Below are positions 1 through 13,031 of a stretch of 64,000 nucleotides of DNA, in pieces. Made by a program: the position numbers and the translations under genes. The notes beneath the pieces are model-generated. The model searched no databases. It was given only the letters and a program-made list of their open reading frames with translations, and was not told where the DNA came from. Each line of letters starts with the position of its first letter. Positions within the stretch are counted from its first letter, which is position 1. Location: the NCBI GenBank assembly GCA_040954595.2, contig CM082595.2:2527943-2591942 (forward strand), given 5' to 3'. The DNA comes from Balanoglossus misakiensis. Taxonomy: Eukaryota; Animalia; Hemichordata.

Positions 1-680
1 TTTACTGAAAGCGAAACTAACGATCTAATATAGTGGTTTTTGAGTAATTCAGAAAAAGTGTTGTCCAGGTCAACGGTCCCTGGGCTCCATCCTCCCAGTG
101 AAGTGATGATGTCGATTATTGGAGTAACACCATTTAGATCCCGTCTGTTTGTGTCCATACATGCTTGGTATAGTTGCAGACTTTTCTTTTCTGCCTGGCT
201 GGTCACGCTATCCGGCGATTTCTCCATGATTGATCTTAATAAGAGTTTATTCCTCTCGGCGATCATGTCAACGATACCGTAGGCTGACTTGTCGGCGGGG
301 ATCGGGTTTCTCTGCAGCCAACCCCCGCAAGAGTACCCGTAGAAGTCCTGGCACGGGTCGACCGTCTCGTCGATGCCTTCCATGATGCGAGCGGCGGCCT
401 CGACGCAAGTTCTGCTGGTGCATGTCCCCGGGTCTCGTACCCCCGAGCCATCTTGCCGGTTGAAGAAGAACCCGCACAGAACCCCGGCGATGATCAAAAG
501 CACGGCGATTATGATCACCAAGCCAACAGCTAGACAGCAGCGATCGCTCTTGATGCTGGACGAGTCTTTATGATGTACCCCTTCGCCGCCTTTGTTCGCC
601 GGATCGACTGTTTCCACAACAATTTCGCTGGGATCGCTCGCCGCGTTCGTACCGTCAGTTTTATCCTCCAACTCCATCAT
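1..680 (-). CDS. M13 family zinc metallopeptidase (neprilysin/ECE-like), paralogue 1; first coding exon only, continues past the window's left edge
   Basis: Minus-strand frame from ATG at 680 (in-frame stop upstream): MMELEDKTDGTNAASDPSEIVVETVDPA...RCCLAVGLVIIIAVLLIIAGVLCGFFF (type II TM)...[49 protein letters not shown]...LYQACMD. This is the M13 N-terminal CxxxxC / DPCxDFYxYxCGGW signature. The frame stays open to position 1, so it is absent from the ORF track. Confidence 0.92.
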   Translation of the reverse strand, partial: MMELEDKTDGTNAASDPSEIVVETVDPANKGGEGVHHKDSSSIKSDRCCLAVGLVIIIAVLLIIAGVLCGFFFNRQDGSGVRDPGTCTSRTCVEAAARIMEGIDETVDPCQDFYGYSCGGWLQRNPIPADKSAYGIVDMIAERNKLLLRSIMEKSPDSVTSQAEKKSLQLYQACMDTNRRDLNGVTPIIDIITSLGGWSPGTVDLDNTFSELLKNHYIRSLVSLSV

Positions 681-3253
681 CAGTCCGTCAGCGTCGAACG
701 AAAGAAACCGACCATCCAACAGAAGACTCTATACAGCCGACAGCACACTCACGTCGCCCTCCGGTTATACCGATCCGAAAACTAAATCACAATTCGTTCC
801 CCGCTGGCGTTGCAAGTCAGGCAATCCGGCCTTGAACTGAGACTCTCATAGCTGTGCACGCGCCTTCTGATCACACTCCGGGACAAAACTCCCCGGGTAT
901 AGAAACGAATTTCTGATCCACCCTCGGGGAAACAACAAAAAAATAGAGAACGAAGAGACGCTTCTCTATACCCCACGCTCTTTTTTGCATCTGATTGTCT
1001 GTCTGTCTGACTGACTGACTTGACTGCTGCCCTAATGAGGTCTCCTTGCCGCGTGCATACTAATCAAGCGAGACACCCCCCTTTAAAGCATTTTAACTTA
1101 ATAACTACAAGTCACTGTATTTGATCACCCAGGCAATCTGGTCGATTCAAAAGTATGAAAACTTGTCCACAGTTTATCCAGCGTTTTTTTTTTCAAACCA
1201 TGAATGAAGGAGCTGATTGATGTTGGTCCTAACACGTCTTGAACAGATGTCAAAATGTTTACGTGGAATCTGTATAATATATACGTATGAGATCACAGCC
1301 AACGTGAGATGCATACGTACTGTGGTGTTTCGTTACATTTCATTGTAATTTTGAGGGAAAAAATCCCAAATGTGCGAGAGTGGAGACCAAGCACGCCGCG
1401 TTGGCGTTCTCCGAAAAAATAGAAAAAAAGTTTTAGTGGGTCTATCATAAAATAGAGTCATCCATAGAATCTAGCTGGAAAATTGACAGGGTTTTGTTAG
1501 CCAGTCAAAGAATAAAAACGTCCTTGTCAGCGACTCACAGATTGGCACGTATTGTATTTCGGGTGATTTTTACGCCATTTTAGTCACAATTAGTACTCGA
1601 TATTTCACTCCTTTTTTTTCCCTCGCTTTTGTCCTCCAGAAGTCTAGATCGTTACTATTGACAAAAGCGTTTGTTATGTTGATTGAAAAGCACTCCACCT
1701 TCTCACTTAAGGTTTTTTCTCCAAATCAGTAAAAAGCATCGCGTCGTTCCTGTGACACATCCAATTTCCCGCGTTCATGCCCCGAAACCATAATCGAATA
1801 CTAATGACATCCGCGCCAGACGATGTCAATTTTTTTCCAGTCAGTTGTCAGCAATGCGCGCCCCGTTGAGCGACAATCGCGCACGGCAAAGGTTATCGTC
1901 TGTCTGAAAATGTCGTTAAATTGTGTTATAATCTCTGTTGTATCATTTTGGGTTCTTATTTTCACATTATTTAATCCCTTTCTTTGAAAATTTGCAGCAT
2001 AGGGACACTTCGATTACATGTAGTTTTCAAAATGTGTCTGTTGCAGAAGTCTATTGTTAAGTATCACGCGCGCGCGCTCAATAGACAATCAAAGCCCCAC
2101 TATTGTCTCATAGGATTTTATCAATCCACACATCTTTACGTTAGATACAAGAAAGGGACATACTTTCTCATATCACAAACATATTCCAAAAATATTATTT
2201 CTTTTGTGCAATACGTTTCTTTCAAAGACGGGGACAACGCGTGCGCGAAACATATCGCGTTGTCTATTTCTCCCCGCGCGGATTAAAAGGCGTGAAATGG
2301 ACTATCTGTGACCCCCTTTAAAATGCATCAATAATATAATGAAATCACCCAATTTGCATACAGACGGAAATTTTACGCCAAATTGTCGCATCCCCTGTTA
2401 CCCAAGAGAGCTCTGTCTATCGACAGAAGGCGATGAGTGTTTCATCCTGCTAACGATATTACGTTAATAGCAAGCTTGCAGTTTCAAAACTCAATAATTC
2501 TTATTGTTCTCGAATTTATATGGAAATTGGGTGCTATTTCTATGCAAATGTAGGCCTTCCTTCATATATTGTATCCTCTGTGGGTCCCTTTACGTAGTAT
2601 AATTCTAAAGGGGGAAATGATCCGTCTCTACTCCATCCTACTAGTAAATTTCGAGAGATCATTTAATTTTACCAATAACATTCCGAGAAAGTCACTTTCA
2701 AGATCCAAGACCCCATATCATTTCATACAAATTCTTTGATTACAAGATAGAAAAATATTAATCATATACGTGAATATAAATTAAATACATCATCATCTTC
2801 ATTAAAAACATTATTTGTTTTATGAAATATGATACAACTCTATTATGATTCAGTGGTATGGGTTGAATCCAATATATTATCCCAATGCCAATCGTGAAAT
2901 TACTGATCATAGTATATAAAATTCTCGTCTTAAAATAATATATATGAGTTATGAGATAAGAAATTATCAACAATCAAATCTTCAGTTGCTTCACTTCCGA
3001 CTTCCGCCCCTGAGTCTTTGACCACTTCCGGACAAAATATAGCCATCACCACCCACCCGCCTAAATAACAAAATTCGCGTTTTGCGAGAACGTTTTAAAA
3101 CTTGAGACTGACGTTCTGTGCCGTATGTAAAAAAACTATCAAAAACCATCACCGCTTATAGTCCAAATTACTCAAAGATGTTAAATGGCGTAAGATTATA
3201 GTTGTGCACTCAAACAGTGAAAAGATGAAAAACTTTTCTGGCAATTCTGGAGG

Positions 3254-6200
3254 CTAGAAAACGGAACACTTATGTTCTGGATTCATGGGTGATCCTACAG
3301 GACAGGAAAATGCTTCTGCAAATTCGTCATACTGAGACAACGTTCCGATGACCCTGAAAAGAGAAAATGGAGATCTCGTACTAAAAAATGTCCTACCCTG
3401 GTTGAAATGGCCATCTTTTGTTTGATGTGTTCGATTATTATTAATGGAATACATGATACAATAGGCAACACTCACCTAAACCTCGCAGGTGAGTGAGAAT
3501 CTGTAATAAGCTGAAGTTTTGAACTCTCAAGACGACGACTCGTGCACCAGTTCTGTGTAAGAAATGAAACAAAACGACGGGCTCGTCAGAATTTGCAAAG
3601 TCTTGAATGACAGGGCAAAATTGTACCAAATTGTCTCAAATTTGACATTCAAAATGGCCGCCAATCAAATTTGAATTTCAAAATGGCCGCCAATCAAACT
3701 ACATGTAGTGTCTTACCTGTGCAAACGACAGGAAGAAAAGTTGCTCGTTTGTGATTTCAAGCCCCGGGAGTACTGGCTCCTCGCCAGCTTCCATTACCAG
3801 TGTCTTATAAGCCTGAAATTAATCAATCAATCAACCGTTCGATCAGTATTCGGATCGATGGTAGATTGGTAAATGGATGAACGAATGATGAATCTTGTTG
3901 CCATGCTCAGTTACAATATTCCGACTTACATTAAAAGAGTGTTTGATAGCACCGAGGTCAGCGATGTTCTCTCCTTTGGTCAGATTACCATTAATCTGAA
4001 AACCAAGAGAGGACAATATTATTACAAGGAGCTTTGTGGGAACAATCTTCTTCGATTGGAGACAGTTCTTCAATCGAGTCAGCAACAGTGACAGTCTTTG
4101 GCATTTAATGATGACAATGATTTCGATTTTTTAGGATCAAGGTCTTGCCAAGAAGGTCGTAAATGCTAACCTTCATATTGGTCCCCGCCACTTCATAATT
4201 ACTGTACTGTTCCACAACGCACCGCGTTCGATCTTCGAAGTTCCGCGCAGACTCTTCTGACCACCAGGGGGCGATGTTACCATCCTTGTTGTACAGTCGG
4301 CCTATAAAATTTTGTTTCTCAGTAAGTTTTAAAAGTCTGTCCATATATTGCTCAGCAGAAACTATATGATTACGTCATCACATGTTACCCTGGTTACAGA
4401 TATGATTTACTTTTTTCTTACCGTGTGTATCAAACCCATGCGTCAGTTCGTGTGCAACGACATATCCAATACCGGCGTAATTTAGGGCCCTGGAAAATGA
4501 ATACATATTCACAAATTAACTTTCACTCTCACTTTCACTCTCACTCTCACTCTCAGCCCATAGTCCACCAAGTCGTCCATATGTCAACCGCTAGTGTCAA
4601 TCTGAGCAATGAGACTTATGAGCTGATTCAAAATAACCATGTCGGAGATTTTCAAACATTCAGCAGGTATACGACAGGAATTATACTTACCACAGATTTG
4701 CACTGTCGAAAATAGGCGGCTGAAGAATCGCGGCAAGCATTACTAAAAAAGAAAAAAATACACAACTTTTTTTAAACGTTGAGAAAATTTTAATTCTAGT
4801 CCATATTTATCAGGAATCTGGGAAAGAAACAGTCAAATAACTCGCTTGTCTTGTTTAATGTTGGAAATCACACAAAAAAGAACACATACTCATCGTGTTC
4901 GTCGACGGTCGATAGAGGGCGTTCAGTACTTGAGGAGGAGCCAGCCATCTGTAAAAAAGAACAAGAATTTTTACCACGATGGTCCACATTGCATTTATAA
5001 GATCATAAAAACGGTTTGCAAAAACTTCAAGGATAGCGTTACTTACTCATGTTTGTCAACGTTTTTGGTCAACTTTTCTAGAGCCTGCTTCAGTCCGAAT
5101 CGTGACACGTTTAACATACTTTGCATAAAACTCGTCTGGTTAACCACTACCTGCAAATAAGAAACACGAAATGTATATAAGTGACGTGGCCCAATTTCAC
5201 ACATTTCAGGACTGCTTAGCTGAAATGATGCAATGTGTATTTATTTATCTTACCCCCTCAAACTTCTTATCCAGCTGAACAGGATCGAGGATATAGTCTG
5301 GGTAGGCGACCTTCTCACCCATTGCATCAACCTGTGAAATCGTATCGAGAAAAAAAATTATATGTGTCGACATAGTGATCAAACTAAAGAACCACGGTTA
5401 GCAGTACTTATGTAAAAAGAGTAATGGTGATACCTTTTCGATAGCCACGTGTCTAGTCTCTTCACTCATCCATCCATTGTCCAACACGGCTTCCTTGAAA
5501 GCGTTCTTGATGTGAGTGACAATCTCAGAAACCTGGGAAGCAAGCAGTAAACTCTCGTTTTTTTATTATCTACGTACCAACCTAAACACGCATACATAGA
5601 TCCATGTACAGACACACAAATACATACACACGATTGGATGACAATATCTCTAATTATGTCGTTGCCAAATTTATCATTCGGGTCCCTGTAGAATTCAGAA
5701 CATAAAGATCATACCTCTTGTTTTCCTGTTGGACCGAAGGCATCTCTCACAAACATCGCCCCTACAGCCATGTCAAAGCGATTACTAACAATTGCAGCAC
5801 ACTCCTTCCACGGATCTGGGCCTCTGGTTGCCCCGGTGAGAGTGTTGTACACTTTGTTGTGGGCATCCTTCATTTTTGTGCTTGTAACTTGGAGGACTGA
5901 GGCTGCGATGTGCCACATCATGTAGTTGTGAATAATTCTGTGAATCAGAATCAGAAAGGACAACTTTTAGGCCTTCAGAGTGGGCAACTGTGTGTGATCA
6001 AGCACCAAGTCTTTGTGAATGCGTTCCACTGTTGCACAGAACAGTCTAGACTCTGTGGCAGTCGCTGTGCCTGTCGATAAGAGTGGAACTTCACACTGTG
6101 TACGACGATTAGCGTCGCGTCTACAGGACGTTCTATACGTAACGTGGACGCGCATTTCATTTTCAGTATCACACAGTCTTGGAGCAAGACTAAGAACAGT

Positions 6201-8742
6201 CGTACAAACGCGAAGTGGAAAGTGGTTTTCAAATATGAACAGAAAAACATCAAACGCTCAAATTACGATTCAATGTTCCTAACCTAGGATCGCTGCTTGC
6301 AATGAGGTCTGAGAGTGACTTGATGTACTCCGCGGAGTAGAGCAGAATTTCTTCATCATTTTTGACGTCATATGGTGACGCAGTCGTCCTTAAGATTGAC
6401 AGCCAATCAAGCTGTGGGGAAAAAAGGCACACAAAACGTCGTCATGTCAATTGAACACGTCAGTAATAGGATTGATATTACCATTTGGCTAGCTGTGCTA
6501 TGTAACAGTTGACCTGTAGGAATCAACTAACACATCTCGCCAACAAAGCACCCCCACCCACACCCCGATCCCTCAACATGGACCTGAACGTCCATTTGGA
6601 AATTCATTCCGTTTTTAACACTTACCTGTGGTGACATCAACTGGAGCTCTGCTACCGTAACTTTGTTGTAAATTGATAGAATGTCCTGTCTTTCCGAAAT
6701 AGGCGCGACAATCTACATAGTTGAGATGATAGAAAGTGGCATTATAAAGTACATGATACTGATTTCCTTGCCGAGAATTGGCCATTCTGTCACTGTTTGT
6801 GTCTTCCTTTGTATCAGTGTCTGTCTGATAGTGTCTCTGCCCCAGTCTCTCCCCTATCCTCCCCTCCCTTCTCTCTGTCTGCCCCTCTCTCATACTCCTC
6901 TCTCTTTCTCCACCAGCGCCCCCCATGTGTCTATCAAGCCCCCCTTTCATATCCCTTACCTTCGCCAGTTCGATCTCAAAGCTATAAATTGATGTGACGA
7001 GTTCCGATAACAACGGTTCTTCAATGCCAAGTTCAACCAGCACGATCCTCATGAATTCGAAATAGCTCTCTATAACCTGAAAACGAGTAAGAATCTTGTT
7101 TAATGGCGTGTGTTTACAAACACATAACTCATAGTCGTGATGCACCGTCCCCAATTTCCCCCGACCCCCCCCCCCCCCACATAATTACTGAAAGCTCCCT
7201 TACCGGATGACTTTCATTGAAGAAGTAGAAACTTCTGTCGGGCAGGACCATGGCTGGTTGATCAATCTGCAACAAAGCAAGAAAAATTCCATTAAAAGCC
7301 TAATTAATTATTGCACCCCTTTCCTTTAGGGTTCAAAAGTCAAAACCTTTGCTGGTCCCAGTTTACAAGATCAGTGCACAACGATAGAGATCATACGTCA
7401 TAAACGTGTAAAATATCTCAACTGTTTCTGGAATAATCATAAACAATAAAAGCCGTCAGTGTAACTTTGATTTATTTCCGACAATGTCTGGGGTGATAGA
7501 CCTTTGTAAATCTCACGTTCCAAAGTTCATTATTTCGAGCGCGTGAAATGCTATAAATCACCTCGCCTGATTGAGCGGTTTCCAAGACAACATAGCATTT
7601 ATTGACATTCTTGAACGTTGTAAACATTTGACATCTGTCTAGACTGCCAAACCCGCGTCATAAATATTTTTTAGTATTCCCATCGGACCATACTTGAAGG
7701 TCTTATAGAAACTGCATATCTGTTGTTTTTGCTGTGAAGCGTAACTGTCATTGGCTAGCTTTCTCTGGACCACTTCAGAAGTTCTAGGGTAGATGTCGAG
7801 GTGTGGCATCAACAATACTAGTATACGCCTCTATACGACTTTCTCGGGGGGTTACAGGTGTGGACATGATAATGCTATAGTATACGCCTTGCTTTTCTGG
7901 CAAAACTCAGTTTATATTGGCCACAACTTTCACCAGGTCGGTCTTTCATAGACCCTAGAGTATATGGTCTTATTAGGGTGTATTTGATCGTAAACACCCA
8001 ATGTTCCTATGACGTCTTCAAGTTGTAAATACACACAATGGTAGCAAACACTCGTGACCTGGTATGCAGTTTGTAAGTATTTTCAGTGGGCATTGATGAA
8101 TGAGGATACTGGTACCATGAGCTATAGCACATTTATTGGACACACGCCGTGTCTTGCCACAACTGGCCTAGGATGACCCGACCTTTGCCTTACAAGTGAC
8201 TTTGTCTAGCGTCTTAAGTTTCAATTGCGTGATCTTGTGACAGAGCCTTGACAGAACCCATGAATCATACTACGTGTATTTCACCAAGTTCCGTAAAGTA
8301 GCACAGATCGTTTGCCACATGTCCTCGTTCCCAATCGATTTATTGCACAGTTGTGTTTAAAGTTCGAAGTACAGGGCATGCCACACGTATCGTATATTGA
8401 TATCAAGTACAGGAAATTGATACAGCATTAGTAAGCGAGACAGAGAACTTTTCTTTGCTGGCATTTCTTCACAGATATTGAATATCCAACACATTTTGCC
8501 TTGAGGTGGTTTGACTTGTGTTGTGGGTCCCACTGGTTGCTGTAGCATGTGTAGCGACTTGTTGTACTTCTACTTCCAAATGCCGGTCGGAAGTTGCTGT
8601 CCACCACAACTTTATAGTTTTGCGGTCACATGCCATTTTATTTTCGGGTAGAAATACGCTTTCACGATAGTGGTGGTGGTGGTGGTGGTGGTGGTGGTGG
8701 TGGTGGTGGTGGTGGTGGTGGTGGTGGTGGTGATGGTGATGG

Positions 8743-8792
<50 letters not shown>

Positions 8793-10580
8793 CATGAATG
8801 TTAGAAGTCCGAGAGGCTTAGCATTGACCCCAGATCACACTTCAGTGGACCCATTCAAATTGTATCTTATATTACAATTCAAACCCAAACACTTTCAGTG
8901 TTGTGACTTTAAGTTGTGTGACATAACTGGCCAAGTTGAGCGAGAAAAGAGTTAAATATTTAAATAAGATCTTGCAAGGAGCGGAGAAAGTGCTTGCTGT
9001 GGTATTGTACTACGCTGAAAAGTCTGGGAGGGCAAACAGTCAATTGTTTGCAGATCGGAGAGATTAGTCAGAAGTGCACTTTCCACGTTTTGGCTCTGTT
9101 TAGTTATGAGAGTGGATGGGTGATTGGGTCGGGTGATTTGATATGAATGTATATGAGTGTGAGTGTGCGAGGGATGATGGTTGGTGTGGTGTGGTGTGGT
9201 GTAATGTGCAAACGAGTGACGTGGTTTTTACGGCAGGTAACCTTTAAATTCAGGTGAAAGGGGTTATTAAACTGTCTTGCTTGCTTGCTTGCTTGCTTAG
9301 TTGTTTGGTAGTTTGATTGATTAGAAAAACGCCAAGAAGCTGGGTTGTCAAGAACACGCGGTACTGTCTTCAAGAATACCACACTCAGGTTCATGCACGG
9401 TCACGCGTGGTGTAAGAGATTTTACAACAGGTGGGATTGTGTCGTGTAGGTGTGTCCACCACAGGGTTTAGGTCACAGCTACCTATATGGACAAAAATCA
9501 ATGGATGACCTACACATTCAAGTATTGGTCAAAATTTTGTCTAGTACCTAGCCGTGTTTGCTCCAAAACTTAGCTTGGACGTATATCTACACACAGGATT
9601 CACACGCAGCTGGTTCAATTTTCAAATGAAATGCATACTTGTATTTTTCTTACCATTAATCTGTTTATGGAGGAGTTATAGTCATCGACGCCCACGTTGA
9701 TATTAAAGAGCGGCTGTGCAGTGTACTCTTTCACCAACGTTGTAACTGTTTCAGTGATGTCGGTTGTCAGGGGGTTCCATCCTCCTAGAGATGATATGAT
9801 GTCCACGATCGGTGCAACGCCAAGTTCGTCTCGTCTGTCTGTGTCCATGCATGCCCGGTAGAGTTCTAGACTTTGCTTCTCTGCCCTGCTGTGGACGCTG
9901 TCGGGCGATTTCTCCATGATGGTCTTCAGCATGAGAACGTTGCGGTCCAGAATCTGGTCGAGGATGCCATAGCGGGATTTGTCCGCCGGGATCGGGTTGT
10001 TCTTCACCCACCCGCCGCAGGAGTACTCGTAGAAATCCTGGCACGGGTCAACAGTTTCGTCCATGTTGCCGATGATCCGACCGGCCGCCTGGACACAGTT
10101 CTTGGTCAGGCAGATGTTGGAAATTGAGATTGGGTCGGGTTTGGGTTTCGGGTCGCGTATGGCCACCGGGATGGGGATTTCTGGGTCTGGTTTCATGTGA
10201 ACGCGCTCGAGTGATCGATCTGCGGATCGTACCCTGGCCACTGCGTCCTGGGTCTCGACTGCGAGGGTGGGGCACGGGGTAGGGGCGGCCACGGGGGGCT
10301 CCTGGTGCAGGAAGAAGTAGTTACACAGCGCACCGGCCATAACGGCCAGACTGAGTGTCAAGGCTAGGCTGAGGACCATGCAACATCTGTTGGAGTTCGC
10401 AGAAGACTTTTCCACGTACTTCACGGTGAGGTTGCTCTTCAATGCCGGGTCCAGGTTTTCAACAACGATCTCGTTCGGGTCATGATGTCCGGAGTTGGGT
10501 TCCGCCCCAGTCCCAGCGCCTTGGTCCACTTTCTTGACCGCTTGCAGTTTGACATCGGCGTGGTAGCCGCGGTTTTCCAT
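3254..10580 (-). CDS. M13 family zinc metallopeptidase (neprilysin/ECE-like), paralogue 2; complete, 17 coding exons
   Basis: Exons (minus, GT-AG, phases consistent): 10580-9654, 7266-7204, 7076-6960, 6712-6626, 6411-6284, 5937-5715, 5532-5434, 5331-5254, 5150-5047, 4948-4890, 4742-4691, 4489-4422, 4301-4171, 3995-3930, 3812-3717, 3552-3476, 3353-3254. Motifs: type [43 protein letters not shown] (HExxH), GENIAD (third Zn ligand), [42 protein letters not shown]. Confidence 0.95.
3636..3700 (-). repeat. Two short copies of a dispersed repeat (TTGGCGGCCATTTTGAAATTCAAATTTGA type), also present three times at 37313-37517
   Basis: The reverse complement of caaatttga(c/a)(a/t)ttcaaaatggccgcc matches the repeated unit at 37313-37517. 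Confidence 0.7.
8670..8793. repeat. Compound trinucleotide microsatellite (TGG)n(TGA)n in intron 1 of M13 paralogue 2
   Basis: Directly visible. It produces the spurious poly-His ORF 8469..8795. Confidence 0.97.
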
Positions 10581-12589
10581 CGCTTCCTTAGATTCTCACA
10601 GACTCGAGAAAACTTTCGAAGGGTTGTCGGAAATGCACTGATGACCAGAAACCCGAGTGCTCGTCAGATTGCCACGACGCAAACGCTCACAGGTGCGTGC
10701 TAGGTTTCTCTCCGCGCCTTCTGGGTGTCGCTGTGTGAAGGACGCCAGCAGAAGTTATAAAACTGACTTAAAATACACACTCAAAGCTACATACTGTACA
10801 AACATTAAGGCCACACCGTGTACATATATACACATGCACTTCGCCCTCGAAAGTTATTGCGGGTGTTCAATTTAACAGACGACCCCCTCCGGAAGCAGTA
10901 CCCATACACGTATTCACTCTTGTCAGAATTGGCCAAAACTGACCACAGTCTTGTGCAGTTTTAGTTCCTATACTGTCATAAAAGTTTAAAGTTTGCAAGA
11001 ACATCTTGCCTTCCACTGAAGTCGGTTTTTATGGTTGTTCCAGACCCGTGTGGTAAACAGAACAGCCAGTAACAATTTACTGAGCATTAAACCAGAATAC
11101 TTTACCGTCTTTATTGCTATTGCTTTATGTACGTGTCCTAGTTTATGATCAGCTGTGACTGTGTGACACTACAGTATATTAAAAAGTCCCATTTCAGAAA
11201 TGTGTTTAGTTTCAATCCAACGTGATTATTTTCATTGCTTTACTTTTGTAAGCATTGGTTTCCTCGGTGAAGTACCGTTATATCATTGTTATGACATTAT
11301 TTATTGGTATATATACTTGTTCAAATATATCAGTGGCCGGTAGAACCAGGGGTCATAAACCTTTTTTTTCCTCTCCACTTGAGTGACCTTGACATGACCC
11401 CGCACACTGCTTATGCATATATATGAATCATGAAACCACTTCAGCGATTCAACAAACGGACTGCATTGTACGTCTGTTTACTTAAGAAGTCGCGCAGAAA
11501 TGCAAGGAAGGCCGGGGATTTCAGTGTCAAAGGTTAACTTTATGTATTGCATAGGGACTGAAAAACGTGCCTGTTTTTGCAATCATAAGCGAATTAATTG
11601 CGTGAGCGCATCTGTCGAATTTTGGACGAGTTCCAACTCAGGAAGCGGGTACCGCATAGTACTGAGGGAAACTGCGTCAGATTGTTGTTGCATGTTCACT
11701 CAACACGATATATCAGTTCAACTGTGTAGAGTTACACTTCTCCAAGGATAGTTACGTTTCTGAGTGTATTTGTTCCCTCATGTGGCTCTCAGGGTCTACG
11801 TTGGAAAACATGTTCCACTTTTGAAAGTCTTGATAAAAACCATCTGCTTGTGAAAGTCCATTACATAGATTCTATCGTTGTTGTTTTTCTGAGAGATTGG
11901 ATAAAGGCAAGACAGGGCCTAGGGTGTACTAACTTCTGTGACTTTACATCTTTTGAAACGGTGACCAATTGCCAATAACATAGCATGACCAGAAGTGAGA
12001 GCGCCCTCTGTGGAAAGTTGACCAAATTCAACAGGTGCCAAAGGATTGGCCAAAACTGACGAACTCGGCCGATTGTCATTCTTGTTTTTCCACCAAAAAA
12101 TCAAAACAGATTCACACACGACTTACAGTGTAGCTAACCAGTATTTCAGAGTTTAGACATACTATTTTTACCATGAATATTTAATGATCATACTTTTATT
12201 ATCTACATGAAAGGTTTCTATGGCAACTACAGTAAGCATAGTACATGTAACTATCTCACAAACATGATCTGTACATTGCTAATATGCAAAACATTGTAAG
12301 CTATACCGGTTTTAATGTGACAGAGAATCAAAAGACCTTTCGTGCAATGTTCAACAATAATTTCATCAAATCTTGGAGAGTTCCCCGTGGTAGGTCAAAA
12401 CTGAGCTAGGGTACAAAAATTTATGAAAGTCAAATCTAAAAGTTTAAAACAAGATCAGATCTTGAAAATTGGCTCCTGATATGCCTCTTAAAAACATACA
12501 ACATTAAGACAATATTTACATTATGAATACTATATTTCTGTTGTTATGGAAACTGTTGTTATAGTTACAACACACAACAGAAGTTTAAG

Positions 12590-12994
12590 TTAATACTTTC
12601 TTGGCTCAATGGCCAGTTTGTCTCTGTCTCTGTCCCTGTAATGGGGACGACGGTCATAGCGGCCGTAATCACGACTGCCGAGAGCTCGTGGGTTTGACCG
12701 GAAACTCTTGGTTTTGTCACGCCACTCTTGATCAAAAGCTGGTGCATCGCCTGAAGGGGTGAAAAGTAGACAGTTTTTGTATCAGTAAATAGTGTAGTTG
12801 ATATGAACAAAAAACATAAGGATCAGACAAATACCAGCTATCATCATTCGGTCTCAGATTCCAAAACTTTCCTGGAAAATGTGTACATCACATGTGAAAT
12901 TCTTACTTTCATCCATATTCACAAAGTCCTGGTGTTCATGGTTGTCCCCAGTACGACGGTTTCTAGAATTTTCAACAATATGACCACGCTCACC

Positions 12995-13031
<37 letters not shown>

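Noticed and set aside
7500-8660. Intronic stretch with coding-like composition, possibly a decayed transposon ORF
   Set aside because: All frames are interrupted and I could not recognise a motif or termini. A translated search (BLASTX/Dfam) would be needed.
8469-8795. ORF beginning with a ~42-residue poly-His tract
   Set aside because: It is the translation of an intronic (TGG)n(TGA)n microsatellite. There is no splice or homology support.
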